A stretch of DNA of 64,000 nucleotides from Candidatus Latescibacterota bacterium (GTDB lineage: Bacteria; Latescibacterota; UBA2968). The translations under genes were made by a program, and so were the position numbers. The stretch covers positions 704,001 to 768,000 of the forward strand of contig OZ242010.1 in NCBI GenBank assembly GCA_965204745.1, in the 5' to 3' direction. Within the stretch, counting starts at the first letter, position 1; each line of letters starts with the position of its first letter. Shown here in pieces: positions 15,601-24,300 of this stretch. The notes under the pieces are model-generated. The model did no database searches, was not told where the DNA came from, and was given only the letters and a program-made list of their open reading frames with translations.

Positions 15601-16474
15601 CGCCATCCTCTGAAATCGACGTTGGCGACAAAATTAGAGATACCGTCGGCGTTCCCTCATCATCGGTAATCGTCAGCGTCGCGTTAGACGGGTCCGCCAC
15701 GCCGAGACCACCGCTCGCTGAACCAGACACGGTCACGCTCTTGTTCGGCTCATCCTTGTTGTTGTTCACCGCTGAGATCGTCACGGTGCCACTACTCGTC
15801 GTCTGACCGGCCGCGATGGTCAGCGTCTTGTCCGTGCTCAACGTGAAGTCGGTCGCCACCGCAGGTGCCACTGGCGTTGCCGATACCGTAATCGTTGTCG
15901 CCGCGCTCGATGTACCGCTCAACTTTGCGGTCACCGTCGTCACACCGCCATCCTCTGAAATCGACGAGGACGAAAGAATTAGAGATACCGTCGGCGCACC
16001 CTCATCATCGGTAATCGTCAGCGTCATGTTAGACGGGTCAGCCACACCGAGACCACCACTCGCAGAACCCGATACCGTCACGCTCTTGTTCGGCTCATCC
16101 TTGTTGTTGTTCACCGCCGTAATCGTCACGGTACCACTACTCGTCGTCTGACCTGACGCGATGGTCAGGGTCTTGTCCGTGCTCAACGTGAAATCGCCAT
16201 CTGCCGCATTCGTGCTTGCCGTTGCCGATACCGTGATCGTCGTCGCCGCACTCGATACGCCGCTCAATTTCGCGGTCACTGTCGTCACACCGCCATCCTC
16301 TGAAATCGACGTTGGTGACAGAACCAAAGATACCGTCGGTGTACCCTCATCATCGGTAATCGTCAGCGTCGCGTTAGAGGGATCAGCCACACCGAGACCA
16401 CCGCTCGCTGAACCAGACACGGTCACACTTTTGTTCGGCTCATCCTTATTGTTGTTCACCGCCGTAATCGTCAC
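641..16474 (-). CDS. Giant repetitive surface protein/adhesin, C-terminal part: Calx-beta-like 115-aa repeats, putative-Ig (He_PIG-like) repeats, one FN3 domain
   Basis: 5277-aa ORF; repeats with SISEDGG...TLTITDDE; LPxAxGGDGxLTYxL...LSGTP units; FN3-like PDPPANLRAVAGSEQATLMW...YMFYVRAVNAAGAGP. It has no start of its own and continues from the upstream ORF across a 1-bp deletion. Confidence 0.9.
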   Translation of the reverse strand: MTITAVNNNKDEPNKSVTVSGSASGGLGVADPSNATLTITDDEGTPTVSLVLSPTSISEDGGVTTVTAKLSGVSSAATTITVSATASTNAADGDFTLSTDKTLTIASGQTTSSGTVTITAVNNNKDEPNKSVTVSGSASGGLGVADPSNMTLTITDDEGAPTVSLILSSSSISEDGGVTTVTAKLSGTSSAATTITVSATPVAPAVATDFTLSTDKTLTIAAGQTTSSGTVTISAVNNNKDEPNKSVTVSGSASGGLGVADPSNATLTITDDEGTPTVSLILSPTSISEDGGVTTVTAKLSGVSSAATTITVTATPVAPAVATDFTLSNTTTLTIAAGQTTSSGTVTITAVNNNQDEPNNKSVTVSGSASGGLGVSDPSNATLTITDDEGTPTVSLILSPSSISEDGGVTTVTAKLSGVSSAATTITVSATAGTNAADSDFTLSNTTTLTIAAGSTTSSGTVTITAVNNNKDEPNKSVTVSGSASGGLGVSAPSDETLTITDDEGAPTVSLILSPTSISEDGGVATVTAKLSGTSSAATTITVSATAGTHAVDGDFTLSNTTTLTIAAGQTTSSGTVTIAAVNNNKDEPNKSVTVSGSASGGLGVSAPSDATLTITDDEGTPTVSLILSPASISEDGGVTTVTAKLSGASSAATTITVSATAGTNAANGDFTLSTDKTLTIAAEETTSTGTVTIAAVDNNRDEPDKSVTVSATASGTSGVADPSDVTLTIQDDEGLPTVSLVLSPSSISEDGGVTTVTAKLSGASSAATTITVSATAGTHAVAGDFTLSNTTTLTIAAGSTTSSGTVTISAVNNNKDEPNKSVTVSGSASGGLGVADPSNATLTITDDEGTPTVSLILSPASISEDGGVTTVTAKLSGVSSAATTITLTATPVAPAVATDFTLSNAATLTIAAGQTTSSGTVTITAVNNNKDEPNKSVTVSGSASGGLGVADPSDATLTITDDEGTPTVSLVLSSSSISEDGGVTTVTAKLSGTSSAATTITVSATPVAPAVASDFTLSNTTTLTIAAGSTTSSGTVTITANDNNQDEPNKSVTVSGSASGGLGVADPSDETLTITDDEGTPTVSLILSPTSISEDGGVTTVTAKLSGASSAATTVTVSATASTNAVAGDFTLSTDKTLTIAAGQTTSSGTVTITAVNNNKDEPNKSVTVSGSASGGLGVSNPSNATLTITDDEGTPTVSLILSSSSISEDGGVTTVTAKLSGASSAAITITVSATASTNAADSDFTLSNTTTLTIATGQTTSSGTVTISAVNNNKDEPNKSVTVSGSASGGLGVADPSNATLTITDDEGAPTVSLILSPTSISEDGGVTTVTAKLSGASSAATTITISASAGTHAVAGDFTLSNTTTLTIAAGSTTSSGTVTISAVNNNKDEPNKSVTVSGSASGGLGVAAPSHATLTITDDEGTPTVSLVLSPASISEDGGVTTVTAKLSGVSSAATTITVSATASTNAANSDFTLSTDKTLTIAAGQTTSSGTVTITAVNNSKDEPNKSVTVSGSASGGLGVSDPSNATLTITDDEGTPTVSLILSPSSISEDSGVTTVTAKLSGVSSAATTITVSATASTNAVAGDFTLSNTTTLTIAAGQTTSSGTVTITANDNNKDEPNKSVTVSGSASGGLGVSDPSDATLTITDDEGAPTVSLILSPASISEDGGVATVTAKLSGVSSAATTITVSATAGTHAVAGDFTLSADKTLTIATGQTTSSGTVTIAAVNNNQDEPNKSVTVSGSASGGLGVADPSNATLTITDDEGTPTVSLTLSPASISEDGGVTTVTAKLSGTSSTATTITISASAGTNAVAGDFTLSNTTTLTIAAGSTTSSGTVTITAVNNNKDEPNKSVTVSGSASGGLGVSAPSNATLTITDDEGLPTVSLILSPSSISEDGGVTTVTAKLSGVSSAATTITISASAGTHAVAGDFTLSNTTTLTIAAGSTTSSGTVTITAVNNSKDEPNKSVTISGSASGGLGVADPSNATLTITDDEGTPTVSLILSSSSISEDGGVTTVTAKLSGTSSAVTTITVTATAGTNAVAGDFTLSTDKTLTIAAGQTTSSGTVTVTAVNNNKDESNKSVTVSGSASGGLGVSAPSDETLTITDDEGAPTVSLILSPTSISEDGGVTTVTAKLSGTSSAATTITVSATASTNAANGDFTLSNAATLTIAAGQTTSSGTVTITAVNNNKDEPNKSVTVSGSASGGLGVADPSNETLTITDDEGTPTVSLVLSPSSISEDGGVATVTAKLSGVSSAATTITVSATAGTHAVDGDFTLSTDKTLTIAAGQTTSSGTVTITAVNNDKDEPNKSVTVSGSASGGLGVSDPSNATLTITDDEGTPTVSLTLSPTSISEDGGVTTVTAKLSGASSAATTITVSASASTNAVAGDFTLSTDKTLTIAAGQTTSSGTVTITAVNNNQDGPNKSVTVSGSASGGLGVSDPSDATLTLTDDEGAPTVSLILSPSSISEDGGVTTVTAKLSGTSSAATTVTVSATAGTNAANGDFTLSNTTTLTIAAGQTTSSGTVTITAVNNNQDEPNNKSVTVSGSASGGLGVSDPSNATLTITDDEGVPTVSLILSSSSISEDGGVTTVTAKLSGASSAATTITVSATASTNAANGDFTLSNTTTLTIAAGQTTSSGTVTITAVNNNQDEPNKSVTVSGSASGGLGVSDPSNMTLTITDDEGAPTVSLILSPASISEDGGVTTVTAKLSGVSSAATTITVSATAGTNAVAGDFTLSTDKTLTIAAGQTTSSGTVTITAVNNNKDEPNKSVTVSGSASGGLGVSDPSDATLTITDDEGTPTVSLVLSPSSISEDGGVTTVTAKLSGVSSAATTITVSASASTNAADGNFTLSNTTTLTIAAGSTTSSGTVTITAVNNNQDEPNKSVTVSGSASGGLGVSAPSDATLTITDDEGLPTVSLVLSPSSISEDGGVATVTAKLSGVSSAATTITVSATASTNAVAGDFTLSTDKTLTIAAGSTTSSGTVTITAVNNNQDEPNKSVTVSGSASGGLGVSDPSNATLTITDDEGLPTVSLILSPSSISEDGGVTTVTAKLSGASSAATTITVSATAGTNAVAGDFTLSTDKTLTIAAGQTTSTGTVTIVAVNNDRDEPNKSVTVSGSASGGLGVADPSNATLTITDDEGAPTVSLILSPTSISEDGGVTTVTAKLSGVSSAATTITVSASAGTNAADGDFTLSTDKTLTIAAGETTSSGTVTITANDNNKDEPNKSVTVSGSASGGLGVADPSDATLTITDDEGLPTVSLVLSSSSISEDGGVATVTAKLSGASSAATTVTVSATAGTNAAAGDFTLSTDKTLTIAAGQTTSSGTVTITAVNNDKDEPNKSVTVSGSASGGLGVSDPSNATLTITDDEGTPTVSLTLSPTSISEDGGVTTVTAKLSGASSAATTITVSASASTNAVAGDFTLSNTTTLTIAAGQTTSSGTVTITAVNNNQDGPNKSVTISGSASGGLGVSGLSDETLTITDDEGAPTVSLVLSPSSISEDGGVATVTAKLSGTSSAATTITVSATASTHAVAGDFTLSTDKTLTIAAGQTTSSGTVTITAVNNNKDEPNKSVTVSGSASGGLGVADPSNVTLTITDDEGAPTVSLVLSPSSISEDGGVTTVTAKLSGVSSAATTITVSATAGTNAVAGDFTLSTDKTLTIAAGQTTSSGTVTITAVNNNKDEPNKSVTVSGSASGGLGVSDPSDATLTITDDEGTPTVSLVLSPSSISEDGGVTTVTATLSRASSAVTTITVTATAGTNAVAGDFTLSADKTLTIAAGQTTSSGTVTITAVNNNQDEPSKSVTVSGSASGGLGVSDPSNATLTITDDEGTPTVSLILSPASISEDGGVATVTAKLSGASSAVTTITVSATAGTHAVAGDFTLSNATTLTIATSQTTSSGTVTISAVDNTKDSADKSVTVSGSVSNTQGITDPSDVTLTIRDDDEAPSFSTTVNDQAWTQNQAITAFTLPTASGGDGTAIHTLSPNLPNGVSKAANHRVSGAPSVALGKTTYTWTATETDGDKAELTFTIVVDGVPSFGSATIDDQSWTQNDTITAFTLPTATGGDVSLSYSITPAWPDGVTKDAAHRVSGVPTRLMSETTYTWTATDADNDTATLKFTIQVGPQRVENPEGGSFWGRQLSFGSAIDNQSWTKNETITAFTLPTAIGGTGTLSYDIAPAWPDGVTKDAAHRVSGAPSVALDKTTYTWTATDTSNAQAALTFTIEVVSIPRGGQVGLTPIFSPNTYDDQHYLLYKTITPVTLPAASGGDGDLTYTLAPTLPNGLSFSGTTRVISGTPTETKSKTTYALTATDIDGDTADLTFSITVRFAVPDPPANLRAVAGSEQATLMWANPNNPTITRYEVRYAHEDEDILAVAWATITGSDATTTEHTLPGLANNIEYMFYVRAVNAAGAGPKAKTAAILQTVVLTEEVPPNLVPTFTDAVDFQRYRQGTPITPLVFPPATGGDGALTYALIPPAGLTYTPPVEGDDHGGIMAGTPPEPQAKTRYTLTATDEDGDEASVSFFVVVDEDLLPSFADSVSAQHYVQNAKIDALTLPEATGGDGVLTYELAPALPAGLDFDEGPRTISGTPTKAMHTTEYLWTATDEDGDTAMVRFTIEVIPDLVPVFTDSVSAQNYVQNVKIDALTLPEATSGDGVLTYVLMPRLPEGLSFNPATRVLSGTPSEKADVTLYTLSAMDADGDMAKLMFTVEVVKPDLVPVFTETVAAQRFVENQAIKPVRLPLASGGDAPLTYTLAPDPSPGLTFDPTTRLLSGTPIKAIDETECVWTVTDADGDTAVLVFTVEVEADLVPVFTDTVAAQRFVENQAIKPVRLPLASGGDAPLTYTLTPDPSPGLTFDPATRLLSGTPTEAIDETECVWTATDADGDTAVLVFTVEVEADLVPVFTDTVAAQRFVENQAISPVRLPKAVGGDGVLTYALTPDPSPGLTFDPVTRLLSGTPSEKADAILYTLSAMDADGDMAKLMFTVEVVKPDLVPVFTETVAAQRFVENQAIKPVRLPLASGGDAPLTYTLRPAPSPGLTFDPVTRLLSGTPIEAIDETECVWTVTDADGDTAVLVFTVEVEADLVPVFTDTVAAQQFVENQAISPVRLPKAVGGDGVLTYALTPDPSPGLTFDPTTRLLSGTPIKAIDETECVWTVTDADGDTAVLVFTVEVEADLVPVFTDTVAAQRFVENQAIKPVRLPLASGGDVPLTYTLTPDPSPGLTFDPATRLLSGTPTEAIDETECVWTATDADGDTAVDLCTWLDV
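670..3140 (-). repeat. Tandem ~276-279-bp putative-Ig repeats (about 9 copies, the proximal ones near-identical)
   Basis: Recurring DLVPVFTDTVAAQRFVENQAI...LVFTVEVE units of ~92 aa. Confidence 0.85.
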
Positions 16475-18390
16475 GGTACCACTACTCGTCGTCTGACCGG
16501 CTGCGATAGTCAGCGTTGTCGCATTGGACAGCGTAAATCGCCATTCGCCGCATGCGTGCCAGCCGTTGCCGATACCGTGATGGTCGTCGCCGCGCTCGAT
16601 ACGCCGCTTAACTTCGCGGTCACCGTCGTCACTCCGCCATCCTCTGAAATCGACGAGGACGACAAAGTTAGAGATACCGTCGGCAGACCCTCATCATCGG
16701 TAATCGTCAGCGTCGCGTCTGACGGGTCCGACACACCGAGACCACCACTCGCTGAACCCGATACGGTCACACTTTTGTTCGGCTCATCTTGATTGTTGTC
16801 GTTAGCCGTAATCGTCACGGTGCCACTACTCGTCGTTGATCCCGCCGCGATAGTCAGCGTTGTCGTATTGGACAGCGTGAAATCGCCTGCTACCGCATGC
16901 GTGCTTGCCGTTGCAGAGACCGTGATCGTTGTCGCCGCGCTCGATGTGCCGCTTAACTTCGCGGTCACCGTCGCCACACCGCCGTCCTCTGAAATCGACG
17001 AAGGCGACAGAACCAAAGATACCGTCGGCAGCCCCTCGTCATCGGTAATCGTCAGCGTCGCGTTAGACGGGTCAGCCATACCAAGACCGCCACTCGCTGA
17101 ACCCGATACGGTCACGCTCTTGTTTGGCTCATCCTTATTGTTGTTCACCGCTGAGATCGTCACGGTGCCACTACTCGTCGTCTGCCCCGCCGCTATCGTC
17201 AGCGTTGTCGTATTGGACAGCGTGAAGTCGGACGCCACCGCAGGTGCCACTGGCGTTGCGGTTACGGTGATCGTTGTCGCCGCGCTCGATGCGCCGCTCA
17301 ACTTTGCGGTCACTGTCGCCACACCGCCATCTTCTGAAATCGACGAGGGCGACAGAACCAACGAAACCGTCGGCAGGCCCTCATCATCTTGGATAGTCAA
17401 CGTCACGTCTGACGGATCCGCCACGCCGCTCGTGCCGCTCGCTGTCGCCGACACGGTCACCGATTTGTCCGGCTCATCTCGATTGTTGTCCACTGCCGCT
17501 ATCGTTACCGTCCCAGTGCTCGTCGTCTCTCCCGCCGCGATAGTCAGCGTCGTCGCGCTCGACAGCGTGAAATCACCCGCCGCCGATACCGTCAGTGTCA
17601 AAGCCTCGCTCGACGCATGATCCAGTGTCGCGGTCACTGTCGCCGAAGTTGTCGTGCCGCGCTCGTCAATCGTCGATGGCGTCAGCACCAAAGTCGCCGT
17701 CGGCGTCGCCTCGTCGTCCGTCAGCGTCAGTGCCACGCCAGTCACACTGCCTATGCCGTGGCCGTTCGTCGCTGTCCCGGACACGGTCGCGCTCCGGTTA
17801 CCCACATTGTCAAGGTCGTCATTCACCGCCGTGATCGTCACGCTGTCGGTGGTGTTCGACGTTTCGCCAGCCGCTATCTCAATCGTCGCGTCCGCCCCCA
17901 CCGTATAGCTCCCGGTCACTGCGGTCACAGTAACGGTTGTCGCCGCGCTCGACGCCCGAGAGAGCGTCGCCGTCACGGTCGTCACACCGCCATCCTCTGC
18001 TATCGCGCCATCTGCCACCGCTAGCGTCACCGCGGGCGCGGCATCGTCGTCGGCAATGGTCAGCGTCACATCCGACGGGGCAGTCACGGCCGCGTTGCCG
18101 CTCGTGCCCGCCACGGTCACCGTCTTATCCGGCGCATCCACCTCGTTGTCCACCGCCGCTATCGTCACCGTCCCAGTACTCGTCGTCCCTCCCGCCGCGA
18201 TAGTCAGCGTCGCCGCGCTCGACAGCGTGAAGTCGGTCGCCACCGCAGGCGCTACCGGCGTCGCGGTCACGGTGATCGTCGTCGCCGCGCTCGATGCCTT
18301 GTCCAGTTTCGCGGTCACTGTCGCCGAAGTTGTCGTACCGCTCTCGTCGATCGTCGATGGCGTCAGCACAAGCGTTGCAATGGCCTTGTC
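4615..18390 (-). repeat. Tandem array of ~40 copies of a 345-bp (115-aa) Calx-beta-like unit
   Basis: 345-bp period, e.g. 5281-5610 equals 8041-8370 (offset 2760 = 8x345); two units carry a 3-bp insertion (EPNNK). Confidence 0.92.
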
Positions 18391-21300
18391 GGCTACGGTC
18401 ACGTCGAAGGTCAGCGACGCGGTATCGCCATCTCTATCGGTGGCTGTCCAAGTGTATTCGGTCTCTGCCGAGGTCACAGTCGGCGTGCCGGAGACCACGC
18501 GGGTGGTCGCATTTCGGATCACGCCAGTCGGCAACGCGGGCGACAGCGTGTACGTGAGGCTGCCATCGCCGCCGGTCGCTTCGGGCAAGGCGAAGGAATC
18601 GATCTGCACATCCTTGATCCAATTATGATCGGCAATCGCCGCGTCGCCAAAACTCGGCAGAGCATCTACGCTGATGGTGAACGTCAGCGTCGTAGCATCC
18701 CCATCGCCGTCCGTGGCTGTCCACGTATAGGTCGTCAACGCCTTGGCCGCCGTCGGCGTGCCGGAGACTTCGTGGGTGGCGGCATCCCGCACCACGCCGC
18801 TGGGCAACTCGGGCGACAGCGCGTAGGTCAACGCGCCATTGCCGCCGGTCGCCGCCGGCAGGGTGAATGCGGTGATGAGCACATCCTTGATCCACGATTT
18901 GTCATCCACTGTGGCACTGAACGACGGCGTTAAGTCCGCGGCAACGGCCACGGTGAACGTCAGCGTCGCCGCATCGCCATCGATGTCCGTGGCCTTCAGG
19001 GTGTAGGTCGCTTGGGCCGCGGCAACGGTCGGCGTCCCGATAAGTGCGCCGCCCTCGGCCGCGTTTCTGGACTGCTGATACGTGAGCCCGGCGGGCAGGG
19101 TCAAGTTGGTCGCAGTGCCCGGCCCGGACAGGGCGTAGGTCAACGCGCCATTGCCCCCCATGGCCGCGGGCAAGGTAACCGTGCCGATAGGCGTGTTCTG
19201 AATGTAGTTCTGGGCAGTCCAAGTGTTGGGGTTGAAGGCCGGGATGGCGTCTGCTTGCACCTCTATCGTAAAAGTGAGCGAAGCCGCGTCGCCCTCGGCA
19301 TCGGTAACCGTCAGCTTGTAGGTCTGCGCGGCTGCGGCTGTGGTGGGCGTGCCGGCAATCGTGCCGCCGTTGGTCGTGCCGGTGGGCTGGGTGTACGTAA
19401 CGCCCGCGGGCAGGGTCAAGCTAGTCGTCGAAGTGCCCGGCCCGGACAGACCGTAGGTCAACTCGCCATTGCCCCCCATGGCCACGGGGAGCGCGACCGC
19501 CGGCGAGATGGGCACATTCTCGACATAGAGTTGCGCGGGGAAGGTCGAACCGAACGTCGGAACCGAGTCCTCGACGATTTCGATAGTGAAGCTCAAGGAC
19601 CCGCTGTCGTTATCCGAGTCCGTCGCGGTCAATTGGTACTGTGCTTGGCGCGTCACCGCAGTCGGCGTGCCGGTAATCGTGCGCGTGCTCGGCGTGAACG
19701 TGAGCCCAGCGGGCGGACTGGTGGGCATGGAGTATGTCAGGGTGCCCTCGCCAGTGGCCGCGGGCAACCGGTACCTGACCGGTTCCCGAACCGTCCAGCG
19801 CAAGGCCGGCACGACGGCCCCGCGAAACACCGGAATCGACTCCACCCGGTAATCGACCTTGTGCCCGGCCTGATTGCCCAAGCCCCCAAAGGTCCGAGAC
19901 GCATCTTGACCGCCCAGGTCCCGAATGGTGCCGCCGGTCAGCGGATTGGCGGGAATACTGATGCCGTCGGTATCTAAATCCGGCGACTGCACTGTATAGA
20001 CAAAAGAATGTTGAGTGCCGTGATTGAGAGCACCGCTTGCGTACCGCGTCTGACCGCCGATGTTCATCGCCAAATTGACGACACTGCTGGCGCTCACCAG
20101 CTTGCCAAACCAGACCTGTAACTGAATCCTCTCGCCATTGCCGTAGGTTTGGCGTTGGCGGGGGCGCGAGACGAAGAAGATGCTCTGGATTAGGGCCGGA
20201 TGGTTGACGCTACCGTCAACCAGGTAGGAGAACGTGCGGTTGCCAACGGACAGGCGGGCATTGCCGTTGGTCGCCGCGGCTCGGATGCTGCCGCCGTTGA
20301 GGGTCAAGGCGTTGTCCGCGATGCTAATGCCGTCGGTGTCCCGATCCGACGACTGCACGGTATAGCGGAATATCGTGTGAGTGCCCGTCCTACCGCGATA
20401 AGTCAGTTGCCGCTTATAGGTGCCGATAGTCAACGCGAGTTGGGGCGAACCGCTGACGTTCACCGGCACACTGAAATGCACATGTGCATCGATGTATTCG
20501 TGTACATCGAACGAATTGTTGTATTGCGGGGCAGAGATCGAGACGCGCGTCACGCTCGGCAGGCGGCTTTCGCTGCCATCGACCTTGTGCGCCGAGGCGT
20601 TGGTTATCGCATGGCTGCCCAGTCCGAGGGCCGCGGCATTGTCGTTGGCCGCCCCCACAATGCTCCCGCTCAGCGCGCCCGCCGCGATGCTGATGCCGTC
20701 GGTGTCCGCGTCCCCGGGCTGCACCGGATACATAAAACCTAACGCATTGCGTCCGCTGGCCACATTCTGGCTACCGGGCACCCACGCTTGGCGCGTATAA
20801 GTGCCGATGCTCAATGCCAGTTGCGGATTGCCGCTGAATTTCACCTTGTCGCTAAACGACACCGCCACATAGACGGTCTCGCCGATGATGTATTCGCCGT
20901 TGGCATGGGGATGACCCGTGAACCGCACGCCGGTTACTGTCGGTCGCCGCCCGTCGACCTTGTGGCCTATGGCCGCGCTGATCGCGTGACTGCCGAGGTT
21001 GATGTTGGCATCCACGCCGCCGCTGCGAACAGTGCCGCGGCCACCGTTCAAGTCCAGCGCATTGGCGGCAATGCCGATCCCGTCGCTGTCGTAGTCGCCT
21101 TCCACTACCGTATAGCGAAACGTGTGGGTGGTGCTCGGCGGATCCGCAAGATATTCACGCGGGGCCTTGTTGATCGCCCGTCGCGTCGCGTTGCCGATAG
21201 TGAGATTCAAAAACGGAAAGCCGTTGTTGTTTCGAGTGTAGGTCCTGCGGCCTACCACCACCGCCTTGCTGAACGTGACCTGCACGGTGATGGTCGCGCC

Positions 21301-24300
21301 AATGTTGTAGGAGGTACCCCGAGACGGGCTAGAGGTGAACGACACGCCGGTTATGACCGCCGGATGGTTCACGCTGCCATTGACCTTGTGCCCGGATTGG
21401 TTGCCGAGCGCGAAGGTGCCCAGGCCGATTTGGGCGTCTTCGCCCTGGGCATTGCGGATGGTCACGCCAGAGGGCAGGGTCAGCGCCGAAGTCCCGATGC
21501 TAAGCCCGTCCGCATCCCGATCAGACGCCTGTACCGCGTACTCAAAGGCCATGGCCGTGCCGCTCCCCGGGACCATGCCGCGATAGGTGGCCTGCCGGGT
21601 ATAGCTGCCGATAGTCAACGCCAGTCGCGGCGAACCGTTCACCGCGGCCCCTTGGTTGAAGCGCACCTGTACGCGGATGACCTCGCCGAGGCTGTATTCG
21701 TTGGTCGTGGTGTTTTGCGGCCTGGAGACCAGACGCACGCCGGACACCTGAAAGGCGCGGGTCACGCTACCATCGACCTTGTGCGCCGACTGATTGCCCA
21801 AAGCGTAGATGCCCAAGCCGAGCACTGCGTTGTGCGTGCCCCCCCGGTTGCGGATGGTGCCGCCATTGAGCGTCAGGGCATTGGCCCCGATGCTGATGCC
21901 GTCGCTGTCCCGATCCGACGCCTGCACTGTGTAGCGGAACACCACAGAAGATCCCACCACACTGGCGTATGCCGCCTGCCGGGTGCTGCTGCCGATAGTC
22001 AACGCCAACTGCGGCGTGCCGGTGACCTTCACCGTCTTGTCGAACCGCACATAGACCGCGATCTCCTCGCTACGGGCATACGTACCATCGCGTAGCGGCG
22101 TCTGCGCGAGGGATACCCCGGTAACCGCGGGGCTTTCCCCGCTCACCTTGAGGGTGAAGGGCAGCGTATCTCTGTCGCCATTGGCGTCGGTCGCGATCAA
22201 GTTGTAACGGATCTGAGGCGAGGCATTCTGCGGCGTGCCGGAGAGGACAACCGTCTGGCGGAGACGACCATTGACAACGACCGCCCCGCGTCCGAGTCTC
22301 AGGCCGCTGGGAAGCGAGGGCGAGGTCGTATAGGCCAAGGGGGCGTCCCCAGTGGGTGATGCGGGCAAGTTATAGAGGGCCGCCATGCCGACCGTCAGCG
22401 CCAAGTTGGGACCCGTCGCCGAGCCAAAGTCCGGCCACTGCCCTTGCTTGCTGCCATCGACCTTGGCCGTGGTCACATTGGTCAGGATGTGGGTGCCGAG
22501 GTCGAGCACTGCATCTTCGGTATCCACGCCCCGAATGGTCGCGCTAGAGGGCAGGGTCAGCGCGTCCGCCGCGATGCTGATCCCATCGGTATCCGCATCT
22601 TCGGCCACGACGGTATAGGTGAAGTCAAGGGAGGCGGCTGGCGTGGAGGAGGCACTGGCAGTCGCCTGGCGCGTGTACGTGCCGATAGCGAGGGCCAGTT
22701 CCGGGCTGCCGGTCACCGTCACGGATTGATCGAACGTGACCCGCGCCGTGATCGTCCCGCCTCGGGTGTAGGTGTTGGCTTGTTGCGGCGTGGAGGAGAT
22801 GGACACGGCCGTGACCTTCGGCGGCGAGGACACCTTGTGGCCCGCCGAGTTGGCGATAGCCTGACTGCCCAAGCCGAGGATCGCGTCGGCATTGGCCGCA
22901 TCCCGCAGGGTCGCGCCAGAGGGCAGGGTCAGCGCGCCCGCCGCGATGCTGATGCCATCGGCGTCGTAGTCGGCTTTGGTCACCGTGTAGCTAAACCGAA
23001 AAATGGTGCGCTGGCCGTTGACGATGGGAGCAGTGTCTCCATCGACGGTGTACGCTGTGGCTTCGCGCGTGGAGGTGCCGATGGTGAGGGCCAGTTTGGG
23101 AGCGGCGGACGCCGTAACCAACTCCGAAAACCAAACACTCACATTGATAAATTCGCCCTCGCCGTACGCGTCCCCGGAGCTGGGATTGCTAATTATGTCC
23201 ACCCTTGTGATCGCAGGCAGTGCATTGCCGCTGCCGTCCACCTTGTGGCTCGGGTCGTTGGTGATGGCATGGCTACCGAGGCCCAGCGCGGCGTCGACGT
23301 TAGAGGCATCGCGGATCGTGCCGCCATTCAGGGTCAGCGCGCCGCTGCCGATAGTGATGCCGTCGTTATCCGCATCGGACGCCTGCACGAAGTATTGGAA
23401 TGTGTGGTAAGGATGGTTGAAGGTTGGGCTACCAACGTGGGTTGCTTGGCGCGTGGTGCCGCCGATAGTCAGTGCCAGTTGCGGCGTGCCGGTCACCGTA
23501 ACGAGTGGCGTGAACTCGATCCCTACCGCGATGGGCTTGCGCGGGTTGACAAAGTAGAAATTGTTGGCTCCGGGCCCCGGGTCGGACAAAAAGGTCACTT
23601 CGGTCACATTGGGCGCGTTGGCCGCCGCCACCGTGATCGTAAATGCCAGCGGCGCGGCGTCGCCATCCCCATCCGTCGCTGTCCAAGTGTACGCCCGCGC
23701 CGGCCCGACCGCTTGCGCTGTCGGCGTGCCGGTGATCTTCCGGGTCGTCGCGCTGTACGAAAGCCCGCCGGGCAACGTCGAAGGCGACAAGGTGTGGGTC
23801 ACCGTCCCGTCGCCGCCCGTCGCCGTGGGCAGGGTGAAATCTACCGCTGTCCCGGCGATGAAGTGCTGTGCCTCCAACCTGCCAAAGGTCGGCTTGGTGT
23901 CCCGCACCGTGTGGTCCGGGTCGTTGGCGATAGCGTGCCTGCCCAAGCCCACCAGTGCCCGTCGCGGAAAGGTGCCCGGAACAAAATAAGTAGAAAAGCC
24001 GGTGTTGGCGGTCACCGCGTCCGCGGCGATGCTGATGCCGTCGCCGTCGAAGTCCGACGACTGCACGGTGTAGCTGAAGGTGTGTTGAGGAGTGCCGGTC
24101 GTCCACGTCGCCGTGCGGGTGTGGGCGCCGATAGTGAGCGCCACCGTCGGGGGGTTGTTGTGCACGATCACTTGCTCGGTGAACGCGAGGCGAACCTCAA
24201 TCGCCTCGCCCGCGTCGTAAGTGCCGTTCGCCCCGGGGCTGGACGAGATGGTGACGCCAGAGATGATCGGCGGCGTATCCACTTTGTGGCCGGTGGCGGT

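Noticed and set aside
16474-16540. Programmed ribosomal frameshift between the two giant ORFs
   Set aside because: No slippery heptamer or special structure; a single missing A relative to sister repeats is better explained by a sequencing error or point mutation
4615-18390. CRISPR array or DGR template/variable repeats
   Set aside because: The repeats are contiguous 345-bp coding units without spacers; variation is not adenine-specific and no reverse transcriptase or cas gene is present
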